Shown: positions 1-9,080 of the stretch, piece after piece
Position numbering within the stretch: the first letter of the stretch is position 1
Layout of the letters: each line of letters opens with the position of its first letter
The notes under the pieces: model-generated
Told to the model about the DNA's origin: nothing
Database searches by the model: none
What the model saw: only the letters and a program-made list of their open reading frames with translations
Translations under genes and position numbers: made by a program
Virus record (IMG/VR): IMGVR_UViG_3300032282_006300
Coordinates: 59,831 to 123,830 of that record
DNA from: a virus
Length of the DNA stretch: 64,000 nucleotides
Reading direction: 5' to 3' (one strand)

Positions 1-388
1 TATTGCGTGCCCCGCTCGTACTTTGATGAGAACGGCTAATGGCGATCTCTATTTCATCATCCGTGGCCCCTTTGGAACCAGCATCTTGGATAGTATGAAA
101 AACTTTTGCTCTAATGGTGCCCGATTTTCCAGAAAATAATGCCAAGGTCATTTGGGAAGTATCTGGATGATTGGCAGATATCCAAGTTGCATCGTCTTGG
201 GGCATCCTTGCGGATTTAACTATGGCTTGCATCAATTGCTTGTTTTGTGCACTGCCGTTCTTTGACGGAATAGGTAAACCTTCCCAATAAGTCCCTGATG
301 GGTCGTGGGCATGCATGCCAAAAGGATGGGCTGGCTTTGTACAAGCCATCCCATCCTGATCGGGGTTTGCCTCAGAACAGAGAATCAT
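1..388 (-). CDS. Partial (3' end outside window) winged-HTH DNA-binding protein
   Basis: Not in the ORF track. Read manually: GGAGGAAG RBS, ATG at 388, frame open to the window edge (MILCSEANPDQDGMAC...RAKVFHTIQDAGSKGATDDEIEIAISRSHQSTSGARN). The GATDDEI...SHQS segment is HTH-like. Confidence 0.6.
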   Translation of the reverse strand, partial: MILCSEANPDQDGMACTKPAHPFGMHAHDPSGTYWEGLPIPSKNGSAQNKQLMQAIVKSARMPQDDATWISANHPDTSQMTLALFSGKSGTIRAKVFHTIQDAGSKGATDDEIEIAISRSHQSTSGARN

Positions 389-686
389 CTTCCTCCATTG
401 CTCGTTTCAGCAAATTTTGTAATTCGGGATCGTTGTCGTATTCATCCTGAGCGTGAACATAACCATGTTCTACATCAATGTCACGGTGGATGTCACGACG
501 GAGCCGGGGCAAAATGTAACCCTTGAAAAAAATCTTGTAGCCAAGCCAAAGGAGCACAAAGTCAAAGACAATGGTAAAAGTTAATTCGGCCAAAATGTGT
601 GCAGGGTCAAAAGAAACACTGACATAGTCTTGCCAAATTGACATGTTGCTTTCGGTTTCTTGTACTAGCATCGCTGTATTAATCAT
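372..686 (-). CDS. Small membrane protein, hypothetical
   Basis: One hydrophobic helix (LTFTIVFDFVLLWLGY); sigma70-like promoter directly upstream. Confidence 0.6.
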   Translation of the reverse strand: MINTAMLVQETESNMSIWQDYVSVSFDPAHILAELTFTIVFDFVLLWLGYKIFFKGYILPRLRRDIHRDIDVEHGYVHAQDEYDNDPELQNLLKRAMEEDDSLF

Positions 687-692
687 GTTTAA

Positions 693-721
693 AACTTAAT
701 GCAAAATTTCTACAAAGTCAA
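693..721 (-). promoter_or_regulatory. Sigma70/SigA-like promoter, probably giving a leaderless mRNA
   Basis: TTGACT-N17-TAAGTT on the minus strand, 6 nt before ATG 686. Confidence 0.55.
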
Positions 722-723
722 GC

Positions 724-1155
724 CTATAGCCATTGAATATCGTTTAAATTGTCTACGCCATCTAGGGCCTGACGTGCAATATCTTCAGCCACCCAATCAG
801 GGTCCATCAAAGCCGCAATTTCTTGCGAAATCAAGATAGCCATACCCGTGTCTAATTCGGTATCATATTTTAACGTAGCCAAACGGTTGGTTGCCAACCA
901 TGTTTGGAAATTGCAGATTTTATCTTCTAAATTATTTGAAATATTAAAATATTTAGGAATTTGTCCCAAAATACCACTTGTTGGAATGATGGCATTTGAT
1001 TCAGACAATACGATTGTTGGTTCACCAAGAATATCTAGAAAACGGTGGTAAATTTTATCAATCGTATTTACACCAAACGGCAATTTAAAAGCAACGACCG
1101 ACCATTCTGTACCATGCTCTTCACAAAAGTTTTTGCACAAACGATAGTCAATCAT
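724..1155 (-). CDS. Hypothetical protein
   Basis: 143-aa ORF with AGAGGA RBS, in operon orientation. Confidence 0.6.
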   Translation of the reverse strand: MIDYRLCKNFCEEHGTEWSVVAFKLPFGVNTIDKIYHRFLDILGEPTIVLSESNAIIPTSGILGQIPKYFNISNNLEDKICNFQTWLATNRLATLKYDTELDTGMAILISQEIAALMDPDWVAEDIARQALDGVDNLNDIQWL

Positions 1156-1164
1156 AATTCCTCT

Positions 1165-1368
1165 TTACAAAATAATATCTGCCGAAGTCATTTTTTCACG
1201 CCATTCAGGGTTCGCCTGTTCATAAACATCGCGGGCTTTTACACTGATTGCTGAAGAAAATGATGCACAAGGTCCAGGGTGGTTTAAAGGAAGTTCACAC
1301 CAATAGTTGTTGTGTTCTCCTGCGACACCTTCACGACAAGTTTTTTCTGGGTATTCGGCGGGCTTCAT
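1165..1368 (-). CDS. Hypothetical small protein with Cys/His motif
   Basis: C...CELPLNHPGPC; start overlaps the upstream stop (TAATG). Confidence 0.6.
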   Translation of the reverse strand: MKPAEYPEKTCREGVAGEHNNYWCELPLNHPGPCASFSSAISVKARDVYEQANPEWREKMTSADIIL

Positions 1369-1661
1369 TAACTCTCCTCAATTTGCGATATTTGAGACAG
1401 TGGGTCCAACGGTTTTGAAACTATAACACCATCGTATTTGTATACTACACCCTGGATCTGAGTGATCAAATTGGCAGGCAAATACTGTATTTGTGGGCTT
1501 AATTCTTCTGGCATCTCAATAATAACGAGAACGGGCCTATTTTGTTGTGGAATAACGTATTGGGGCCCAAAACAATCAAAAACATTTTCCAGAGCATAAA
1601 TAGCCCTATTTGCGTCATTAAAGTTGTTGAAATATGCTTTAAAAATTCTGTTATTCATCAA
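1368..1661 (-). CDS. Hypothetical protein
   Basis: 97-aa ORF overlapping both neighbours; GAGAGG RBS. Confidence 0.55.
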   Translation of the reverse strand: MMNNRIFKAYFNNFNDANRAIYALENVFDCFGPQYVIPQQNRPVLVIIEMPEELSPQIQYLPANLITQIQGVVYKYDGVIVSKPLDPLSQISQIEES

Positions 1662-1884
1662 TACCTCTCAGCAATTCAATTTCATCATCGGGAGAAAATG
1701 ATTGTTTTTCGGTAACATCATTTGTTACAAAAGTAACGATAATCATGGATACGTGCCCTAAACTAGAATTGGCATTGTTAATATTGGTAACATAACTTCT
1801 ACCAAAATCTGTTTTAATAACTTGACCTTTTTTAATATCGCCAGCAAGAATTATCAAAGGGGTTTGGCGTTCTTCAGACATCAC
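1651..1884 (-). CDS. Hypothetical protein
   Basis: 77-aa ORF, GTGA-coupled to the polyprotein stop. Confidence 0.55.
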   Translation of the reverse strand: MMSEERQTPLIILAGDIKKGQVIKTDFGRSYVTNINNANSSLGHVSMIIVTFVTNDVTEKQSFSPDDEIELLRGIDE

Positions 1885-4800
1885 TGCGCCCCCTCTTTTT
1901 TATCAATACCAAAACGGGCATTTACAAGAGGTTGCCATAAACCTTTTTGATCTAAATATTTTTCGGCGGCATTGCGGTAGTCAAAAACCCCGCGACCAGA
2001 AGGTTTGAATGCGCCCTTGCGAGATTCGTGGATAAATTCCCACAGTTGTCGGGCACGGCGGTTGCGGGAAGGTTCTGGCAACTTGAGAATGTTCTCAATT
2101 TCTACAGCCAATCCTTCAAAATAATACCATTCGCTTTGATTAAACTGGTGACCTTCTGGTGCCTCAATCGGTCGCACTGCCCATTCATCGTCAGTTAAAT
2201 TATAAGCCGCGTAAGGTTTTAACACACTAATATCGTAAGAATGGGGATTGACGTAAAAAGTAGCAGACCAAGGGCCAACCTTAATTTTTCCACCAAATGG
2301 TTCACCGTTCCATTCCCATTCTGGAATGCCAATAAAAGGCACATTAAAATATGCTTCTTCAATGTTGCAGTGTTCGCGTAATTCTGCATTCATATGTGCA
2401 GAAATTTTTTCAGGAGACATTGTTGCAAATTGTGGATTGCTTTCAATCAAACCACCGTATTCAATTCCAATCAAGGTATCAAGATCATCATTAAGATGGT
2501 ATCCTTGAGATGCGCCGATTTCAGGATTTTTTACTGCGCTAGGATCTGCCCACCATTGGCTTACAGAAGAACCGGCAATATAAACTTTACTCCAGTTTTT
2601 CCATTCTTTGTATTGGCTGTCCCATAATTCAGCAATACGGTTTATAATGGATTCACGAATTTCTGGGCGAATCTTGTCATCTTCAAAAAGACGTGGATCT
2701 AGGCTACCAATAGTTGGCGCAAACAAGCGCTGGTTAGGTCGCCAAGAATCAAGGACTGCATTGCGTTCATTTGCATTCTTAGAAGCATGTGGGTGAAGTG
2801 TTTTTACAAGGTGGTCATGCCACGCCCTGCCTTCACTTGTTTTACGATTTGAATGAATAGGTTTGGTGTCGGCTAAACCTAACATGTGTGCTTCGTGCGC
2901 TTTTGTAAGCATTGTAGTAGCGATACCGTGATATTGATATCCTGGATCTACTTCAATCCAATCAATCTCACCTGGAGATAATTTAGAAAGATCGTCTCCA
3001 TGTCGATCTGTCCATGATAATACTCCAATTTGTTCGTTATTATGATGGACAGTTATTCTATGAGAACCTCCCTTTTCCGGCGATTCTTTAAAGCGATATT
3101 CAATATTTTGTGGGTGAGGGGCATTACTCATATTTTGTGTATAAGTTTTATTTGCCTCATCTAAATTTTTTTGAAAATCTAAAAATGCATCTTCAGATTT
3201 ACTTTTATAATACTCGTTTTCATGTTTATTTATTGCATTTTGAAGACGGGCATCTTCCTGTTTTTTAATAGTCAGGAAAGGATCTTCATCACTAGCAAAA
3301 TGCTGGAGTAGGCTTAGGCTTGGAGGTAATGAAGACACCCACGCTTCACCGTCATCACTCAGGATATCTGAGTGCTGGGGTTTAGTAATTGCTCTACCAG
3401 AATAATGGGCATCGCGAGCCTTTTCCATCATTTTTGTAGCAATACCATGACGTTGATATTCATCATCCACGTCAATGTTGCTGATTTCACCAGAAAAATA
3501 GCCAGAACTATATTTATCGTGGGTATCAGTCGCCCAACGAAGGTTGCCAACTTGTTTGCCATCATGGTTCGCAGTTACTTCATGCATGCTGCCAACCGTG
3601 CCAACAGCGCGATAAAACTTGTATTCTACGTTCATTGGGTGTGGTGCTTTTCGCATATTTTGTATATAAATTTTGTATGCATTTGAAAATTCTTCATTAG
3701 AACCACGCTTTGCCGCATTAAGTTTAGCCTTTTCCTGCTTTTTAATCGTCAGAAAAGGATCTTCATCACTAGCAAAATGCTGGAGTAAGGAAGCCAAGGT
3801 GGGATTTTTTTCAACCATGCGGTCATACCATGCTTGACCTTGAGTGGTTTTGTGATCGGAATGTTCAATACGTGTACTGGCATCACCAAATTCGTAAAAT
3901 TCCCGAGCCTTTTTAATAAGATTAGTAGCAATGCCATGACGTTGGTATTCCGGGGTTACTTGGATGTGGCCAATTTCCCCAGGAAAAAGACTATGACGTG
4001 TTTTTTTTTCATCATTAGCCCAGCGAACATGACCAACTTCTTCGCCATTATGGTAAGCAGTTACTTGATGCATTTGGTTTCCACCATGTTCAGAACGTTT
4101 ATTAAATTCGTATTCTACGTTCATTGGGTGTGGGGCTTTTCGCATATTTTGTATATAAATTTTGTATGCATTTGAAAATTCTTCATCAGAGCCACGCCTT
4201 GCCGAATTAAGTTTGGCATCCTCTTGCTTCTTAATTTTCAAAAAAGAATCTTCATAACTGGCAAAATATTGTAGCAAGGAAGCCATCCTTGGGTCTTTTT
4301 CAACCATGCGCTGATGCCATGCACGGCCTTGATCGGTTTTGTCATCGGAATGTTCAGCGCGAGTACTGGCTTCACCGGATTCGTAAAATTCCCGAGCCTT
4401 CTTGACAAGATTAGTCGCAATGCCATGACGTTCGTAAACAGGAATTACGCCGACGTATCCAATTTCTCCAGGAAAAAGTTTACGATGTGTTTGTATTTGA
4501 TCATTGGCCCAACGAATATGACCAACTTGTTCGCCATTATGGTGAGCAGTTACTGCATGCAATTGTTTTCCACCATGTTCAGAATATGAATGAAATTTGT
4601 ATTCTACATTTTGTGGGTCGGGGGCATTTTGCATTTGGGTACTAAAACGACTTAAGGTAGCAAAACGTTTTCTTTTTTCACGGCGCACAATTTCGGCTCG
4701 GCCACTATTTTCGTGCTCGTCTTCCGCATCACCAATTTTATCGTTTGCAATTTTCCTGGCTTCATCTAAAGAATCGTTGGCCTTTTTCATAGCAATATCG

Positions 4801-6206
4801 TATTTTTTTGCGTGGGGATCAAAAACATTTTCTGCTGCAGCATAAGCAGCGTCCCGCTTGTCCCTGTGGGGTTGCAGTTCCGCCAATAGTGCCTCTTGGC
4901 GTGCATTGTAGGCTTGTTTATGTGGCTCAAGTTCGGCGTTGGCTTCATCCATTGCTTTGTTGTGCTTAACTAAATAATCATCAAGGTTTTTATCAGCATT
5001 TGATTTTGCTTGATCAAGAATTTCTTTGTGCGGGCGAATTGCTTCCATTGCATCCGCAACGGCTTTTTTGTGTTCTGGACTATCTATAGAAAATGTTTGG
5101 TCAGCATGTCTTAGGGAACGACTAAATTTTTCTGAATGGGGGCCAAACGCAGCACCGGCGTTTCTTATTTTTGATTTGTGTTTATTTTCTTCATCAATAC
5201 GTTCATTTTTGAGTTCTTCTGTTTTGATTGTGTGTGGTTTATATTTTTCAAAAGCCTCGTTTATTAGACCCATAATGCGATCTTCGTGCGGAGCAAATTC
5301 TTTATTAGCCTTTTCTATAGAATCCCACCATACCCCACGGTGAACACTTAATTTTTGGTCAATTTCGAATTTGATTGGCCTTTGTTTTTCAAAAACAGCA
5401 TCGTATTCGGCCCTAGCAGCATTTCTAGCCGATTTAAGGGGGCGCTCAGCCTCTTCAATAACCGCATCATGCTTCTTATTGGCCCTATCCAACTCAAACT
5501 CGGCATTGGCCTTAGCCCGCAAGAAAGGATCTACACCTTCAGCAAAGAACTGGAACAGGTCGTTATCCGCAGCCTGGTAGAAGAAATCAACTACGCTGGC
5601 TTGAGCCTGGTTACGGCGCTTTACGGCACGAACAGAGCCATCGGAGCGTGCACTTACTTCTTGATTTTTTCCGCCTTTAAATGATATGTGATGCCAAGAA
5701 GGTTTCTCTCCCCAAAAACCAAACTCCCGAAAATCATCTGCATCAGTAAAAAGATCTTTGGCTTTTACAGTTGCACGAATTACGGGCCAATCATTCTTCG
5801 GATCTTCTTGCTTTCCGTGCTGGCGTGCATATTCTTTGCTAATAGAAACCCAATCTCCAGGTTTAATACCGTGATGTGCTTTTTCTGCGGGTAGCGATCG
5901 GTAAATGCGAATTTTTGTTTCAGGGTTATTGCGAATACGGCGCAAAATGTTGTGGGCTTCCCGGTTAGACGGCTCACTCATGTCTGAGTAGTAATGTGGG
6001 TGGGTATAAACATTCGCTGGCACACCTTGGGTTAAGTCCCAGGCGGGGATGCCCCCTTCAGGATCTCCGGGCCGGTGTGCCCAACCATAAGAATTGTCGG
6101 CAGTTGCCTTAACCCGCAAAAAAGGATCTACACCTTCAGCAAAGAACTGGAACAAAGATGCGTGCATAAACTCGGTCTGGCTAACCGTTTCATTCATCTG
6201 TTCCAT
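1881..6206 (-). CDS. Polyvalent protein: ART-like domain, coiled coil, four GNAT acetyltransferase domains, C-terminal Pol-beta-type nucleotidyltransferase
   Basis: ART R-S-E pattern (IYRSLP...WVSIS...FREFG); four GNAT motif-A copies (YERHGIAT, YQRHGIAT x2, YQYHGIAT); NTase YIAGSS...DDLDTLIG; repeated inter-module motif. Confidence 0.75.
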   Translation of the reverse strand: MEQMNETVSQTEFMHASLFQFFAEGVDPFLRVKATADNSYGWAHRPGDPEGGIPAWDLTQGVPANVYTHPHYYSDMSEPSNREAHNILRRIRNNPETKIRIYRSLPAEKAHHGIKPGDWVSISKEYARQHGKQEDPKNDWPVIRATVKAKDLFTDADDFREFGFWGEKPSWHHISFKGGKNQEVSARSDGSVRAVKRRNQAQASVVDFFYQAADNDLFQFFAEGVDPFLRAKANAEFELDRANKKHDAVIEEAERPLKSARNAARAEYDAVFEKQRPIKFEIDQKLSVHRGVWWDSIEKANKEFAPHEDRIMGLINEAFEKYKPHTIKTEELKNERIDEENKHKSKIRNAGAAFGPHSEKFSRSLRHADQTFSIDSPEHKKAVADAMEAIRPHKEILDQAKSNADKNLDDYLVKHNKAMDEANAELEPHKQAYNARQEALLAELQPHRDKRDAAYAAAENVFDPHAKKYDIAMKKANDSLDEARKIANDKIGDAEDEHENSGRAEIVRREKRKRFATLSRFSTQMQNAPDPQNVEYKFHSYSEHGGKQLHAVTAHHNGEQVGHIRWANDQIQTHRKLFPGEIGYVGVIPVYERHGIATNLVKKAREFYESGEASTRAEHSDDKTDQGRAWHQRMVEKDPRMASLLQYFASYEDSFLKIKKQEDAKLNSARRGSDEEFSNAYKIYIQNMRKAPHPMNVEYEFNKRSEHGGNQMHQVTAYHNGEEVGHVRWANDEKKTRHSLFPGEIGHIQVTPEYQRHGIATNLIKKAREFYEFGDASTRIEHSDHKTTQGQAWYDRMVEKNPTLASLLQHFASDEDPFLTIKKQEKAKLNAAKRGSNEEFSNAYKIYIQNMRKAPHPMNVEYKFYRAVGTVGSMHEVTANHDGKQVGNLRWATDTHDKYSSGYFSGEISNIDVDDEYQRHGIATKMMEKARDAHYSGRAITKPQHSDILSDDGEAWVSSLPPSLSLLQHFASDEDPFLTIKKQEDARLQNAINKHENEYYKSKSEDAFLDFQKNLDEANKTYTQNMSNAPHPQNIEYRFKESPEKGGSHRITVHHNNEQIGVLSWTDRHGDDLSKLSPGEIDWIEVDPGYQYHGIATTMLTKAHEAHMLGLADTKPIHSNRKTSEGRAWHDHLVKTLHPHASKNANERNAVLDSWRPNQRLFAPTIGSLDPRLFEDDKIRPEIRESIINRIAELWDSQYKEWKNWSKVYIAGSSVSQWWADPSAVKNPEIGASQGYHLNDDLDTLIGIEYGGLIESNPQFATMSPEKISAHMNAELREHCNIEEAYFNVPFIGIPEWEWNGEPFGGKIKVGPWSATFYVNPHSYDISVLKPYAAYNLTDDEWAVRPIEAPEGHQFNQSEWYYFEGLAVEIENILKLPEPSRNRRARQLWEFIHESRKGAFKPSGRGVFDYRNAAEKYLDQKGLWQPLVNARFGIDKKEGAQ
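3262..6160 (-). repeat. Five dispersed copies of an inter-module motif (L[FL]Q[FYH]FA[ES]x[VE]D[PS]FL) at about 6106-6160, 5509-5560, 4230-4284, 3740-3795 and 3262-3316
   Basis: 6106-6154 and 5509-5557 are near-identical DNA; AAAGGATCTTCATCACTAGCAAAATGCTGGAGTA is shared by the ~3754 and ~3277 copies. Confidence 0.9.
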
Positions 6207-6240
6207 ACCCTTTCGGGGCCTAATATTAGGTGCTGACAGG
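6206..6240 (-). promoter_or_regulatory. Candidate phage late-promoter motif, copy 1
   Basis: CCTGTC-N20-GAAAGGGTA immediately upstream of the polyprotein. Confidence 0.6.
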
Positions 6241-6259
6241 CTTATAATAGTTTCTGGGC

Positions 6260-6307
6260 AAAACGAGAGGGCTCCTGCAAGTCAATTCATTGACGAGAAG
6301 CCCTCTC
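6260..6307 (-). terminator. Intrinsic terminator-like hairpin
   Basis: GAGAGGGCUUCU/AGGAGCCCUCUC 12-bp stem followed by GUUUU. Confidence 0.6.
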
Positions 6308-6367
6308 TACCGCATTTAGGGGAACTCCCGCCAGAGATAGCGCCCTAAACCTCAACAACGCGGCTAT
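6260..6367 (-). ncRNA. Candidate ~108-nt structured small RNA
   Basis: TTGTCT-N16-TATAAT promoter (6374-6401), nested stems, ending in the terminator-like hairpin. Confidence 0.35.
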
Positions 6368-6407
6368 AACATTATTATAGAGATATTTCAAAAATAGACA
6401 AATCGGG

Positions 6408-8405
6408 CTAATTTCGCCATCCGCGAGATGGGTTTCTGTTCTTACCTTTACCATCTTTACGATTAGAAGCAAATCCAGACATTGAAGACATTTTTTGGTT
6501 TTCGCTTAGATCGTTGCGCATTCTTCCAAACGGGTCAATACCTCCTTGGAGAGCCGCTGTTGGTCTAAAATTAGCCATGTCTGCATGAAGAAAGTTGTTC
6601 ACCTGTTCACCAATCAACACATGGATGCATTCTGTCATACAGTCTGCAATGTCTTTAGATTGAACTGGACCGGCAGATGGGTGGTCAACTCGACCGTTTA
6701 CCATTTGAAGGAATCGTAATTCTAACTCTGCCCGTTCATTGTAGGGGGCGTGAACCAATCCCAAGTTAATCGCGGCCTTAGAGTTTTCTTTTACCTGCCA
6801 ATCGTATTGGCGCGTTGCAGTTTTTTCAAAAACATTGATGCGTTTGGGAAGATTGCCATTACGAACCATTCTTTGAAGTTTTTGAATAGAAGATGTTGAG
6901 TTGTATTGGTCAAAAGTAAATTCTTCTGGATAAAATTTGGAAATAATATTGTTCCACAAAAAATCATCTACATATTCGTAATCAATAATACCATCTTCAA
7001 AAGATGCGGGATCAAAATGTCCCAAAACGTCAAACACACAATGTTGACGACCTTCTTCGTCAATTTCTGCGTGTGCAATGGCGTAACCAAATTTGTCGTT
7101 AACCTTTGAAGGGTCGGCATGGCCCTTGTAATTGTAAATCAATAAACCGCTTGTTTGTTGAACAATTTCTGGAGGTCCGTATTTTTCGGGACGTTCATTC
7201 CACGGGCGGAAAATTTGAGTAACTTTATCTGGGTTCAAATAAGCGTCAATGGTTGCCGCAAATTTAGATTCACGTTCAACTGCAAAAGTTTCAGGATTGG
7301 CTAATTTAAGCCTTTCCATCTGCTCGTCGAATGCTTGAATGGCTCCACGCAGAGGCTTAAACTTTGGCGGTGGATCATTTTTGTAAATGTAATCTGGTGC
7401 ATCTCCGTCAAACAAATAAGGAAACACATCTATTTCGTGGGCAATTTCCCAATCAACGTAAATGTCCCAAGAAGCCAATTGAACCATCATAATTTCTGGA
7501 TATACAGGTTTTCCTCTTAAATCAATTTCTAAAGAGTTTTTGTAATTTTCGTAGAATTGACCCATCATCTGCCAAGGGCTGGATGGTTCAATAATGAACC
7601 CGTATTTACCGAATTGGTCAAGGGCGGGGGTAGAAGCCTGATAAACCTCTTCAGCAGACCTGTTAGCGCCAGAGTTGACAACGTGTGCCATCTCGTCAAA
7701 AGCCATCATAAAAGCCGTAGGACCACGACCGGCCATCAAAGTTGATTCTTTTGGCAAAATTTCAAAAGTGGCTATATCAAGATCTGTTTTGATTCCCTGA
7801 GTTTTAAGTTTTTTCATTCTTAATTCATCGTTGGGAGCATAGATACTTACCTTTTCAGCAAGCAAATTTGAAACATAAGGCCCAAAACAAGTAGAGCCGG
7901 TAATAACATTTGCTAGGTCCCGCCACACCGTTGCTTTTGCCTGATCACGCTTACCGGCGAAAACTAGACCCACCAGTTTCTTGTCTCGGTCAACACCAAA
8001 ATGTGCTTGTGGGTCAGCATTTTGCATGTAATTCCATAAAACATATGCCATTGCTAGAGCCGCAATATGTCCTTTACCGGCACGACGGCCCATGACCAAC
8101 AATACTTCACGAAACCACGGATAGCCCTGTTCCCGCAGGTAATTCATCCGTTTTACAATTCCGGGGACAATACCGTTGTATCCCGTTTGCTTAAAGTTTG
8201 TTTCCCATTCGTTGATGACTTTGTAATCATATTCCGTCAAAAGGTCTGTACGAAGAAATATGATTTTTAATAGCGTTGCTTGACGTGGATATAAATTGGG
8301 TCGATTTAGATAATCCGGACTAATTACAAAAGTAATTGGGTCGGGAACTTTTACGCCCGTAATCTTAATATGGGCGTTTAATGCTTCGTTATCTAAAATA
8401 CTCAA
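6408..8405 (-). CDS. terL: Terminase large subunit
   Basis: Walker A MGRRAGKG, Walker B MMAFDE, nuclease-domain HADPS, TFDQY and C-terminal KDIADC. Confidence 0.9.
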   Translation of the reverse strand: MSILDNEALNAHIKITGVKVPDPITFVISPDYLNRPNLYPRQATLLKIIFLRTDLLTEYDYKVINEWETNFKQTGYNGIVPGIVKRMNYLREQGYPWFREVLLVMGRRAGKGHIAALAMAYVLWNYMQNADPQAHFGVDRDKKLVGLVFAGKRDQAKATVWRDLANVITGSTCFGPYVSNLLAEKVSIYAPNDELRMKKLKTQGIKTDLDIATFEILPKESTLMAGRGPTAFMMAFDEMAHVVNSGANRSAEEVYQASTPALDQFGKYGFIIEPSSPWQMMGQFYENYKNSLEIDLRGKPVYPEIMMVQLASWDIYVDWEIAHEIDVFPYLFDGDAPDYIYKNDPPPKFKPLRGAIQAFDEQMERLKLANPETFAVERESKFAATIDAYLNPDKVTQIFRPWNERPEKYGPPEIVQQTSGLLIYNYKGHADPSKVNDKFGYAIAHAEIDEEGRQHCVFDVLGHFDPASFEDGIIDYEYVDDFLWNNIISKFYPEEFTFDQYNSTSSIQKLQRMVRNGNLPKRINVFEKTATRQYDWQVKENSKAAINLGLVHAPYNERAELELRFLQMVNGRVDHPSAGPVQSKDIADCMTECIHVLIGEQVNNFLHADMANFRPTAALQGGIDPFGRMRNDLSENQKMSSMSGFASNRKDGKGKNRNPSRGWRN

Positions 8406-8642
8406 TTAAATATCCTCCATGTTTTCAAGCATACCGGCAATGGACCAAGGGTTGGCAAAAGAGTTTGGTACTCTATGTCCACAATCTTCAAATCTAACGA
8501 CTCCTTGAACACCCAAAAATTCGTTATCATCCGTAAAGATGATTTCATTACAGACACCCATTTTACCAGAAAAGATTTCACAAATAGGGCAAAATTGTTC
8601 AGGTAAATCTAAAACAATGTATTCACCTGGAACAAGTGCCAC
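8406..8642 (-). CDS. Small Cys-rich hypothetical protein
   Basis: CPIC and DCGH motifs. Confidence 0.55.
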   Translation of the reverse strand: MALVPGEYIVLDLPEQFCPICEIFSGKMGVCNEIIFTDDNEFLGVQGVVRFEDCGHRVPNSFANPWSIAGMLENMEDI

Positions 8643-8651
8643 TTTGACCCC

Positions 8652-9071
8652 TTAATGATTGTGTGACTGCTTGGCCAATGCTTCCATCATTGCCTTGTCC
8701 GCCTTAATGATACCACCGGTACCAAGATCCAAAATGTCATTAGTGACCTCGTGAACCTGACGGTCTCGGTCAAACACAAATTTGTTTTCGGTACGACCTT
8801 TGATGACAATTTCAGGCATCTTAACTTCTGCCATGTTCGTTTCATACCAAAGAACATCTACAACAAAGCCAATTTCGTAGAAACGTTCTTTAATCTCACG
8901 CTGAAAAGAATCATATTCAATACTGCCTTGCGCTGTACGCGCTTTGAGCATATTCAAAATTTTTTCAATCTCGAGAATTTCAGTATCGTGGATGTCCATA
9001 GTTTTAGTGACATCGTCAGCACCGGCATATCCACCTTCTGGCGGGGTTTGACCTAAAATAGGGATATTCAT
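8652..9071 (-). CDS. Hypothetical protein
   Basis: 139-aa ORF with AAGGAA RBS. Confidence 0.65.
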   Translation of the reverse strand: MNIPILGQTPPEGGYAGADDVTKTMDIHDTEILEIEKILNMLKARTAQGSIEYDSFQREIKERFYEIGFVVDVLWYETNMAEVKMPEIVIKGRTENKFVFDRDRQVHEVTNDILDLGTGGIIKADKAMMEALAKQSHNH

Positions 9072-9080
9072 TTAGTTTCC

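Noticed and set aside
3262-6160. DGR template/variable repeats or a CRISPR array in the polyprotein repeats
   Set aside because: The repeats are in-frame coding, hundreds of bp apart, and differ at all base types; no reverse transcriptase is in the window.
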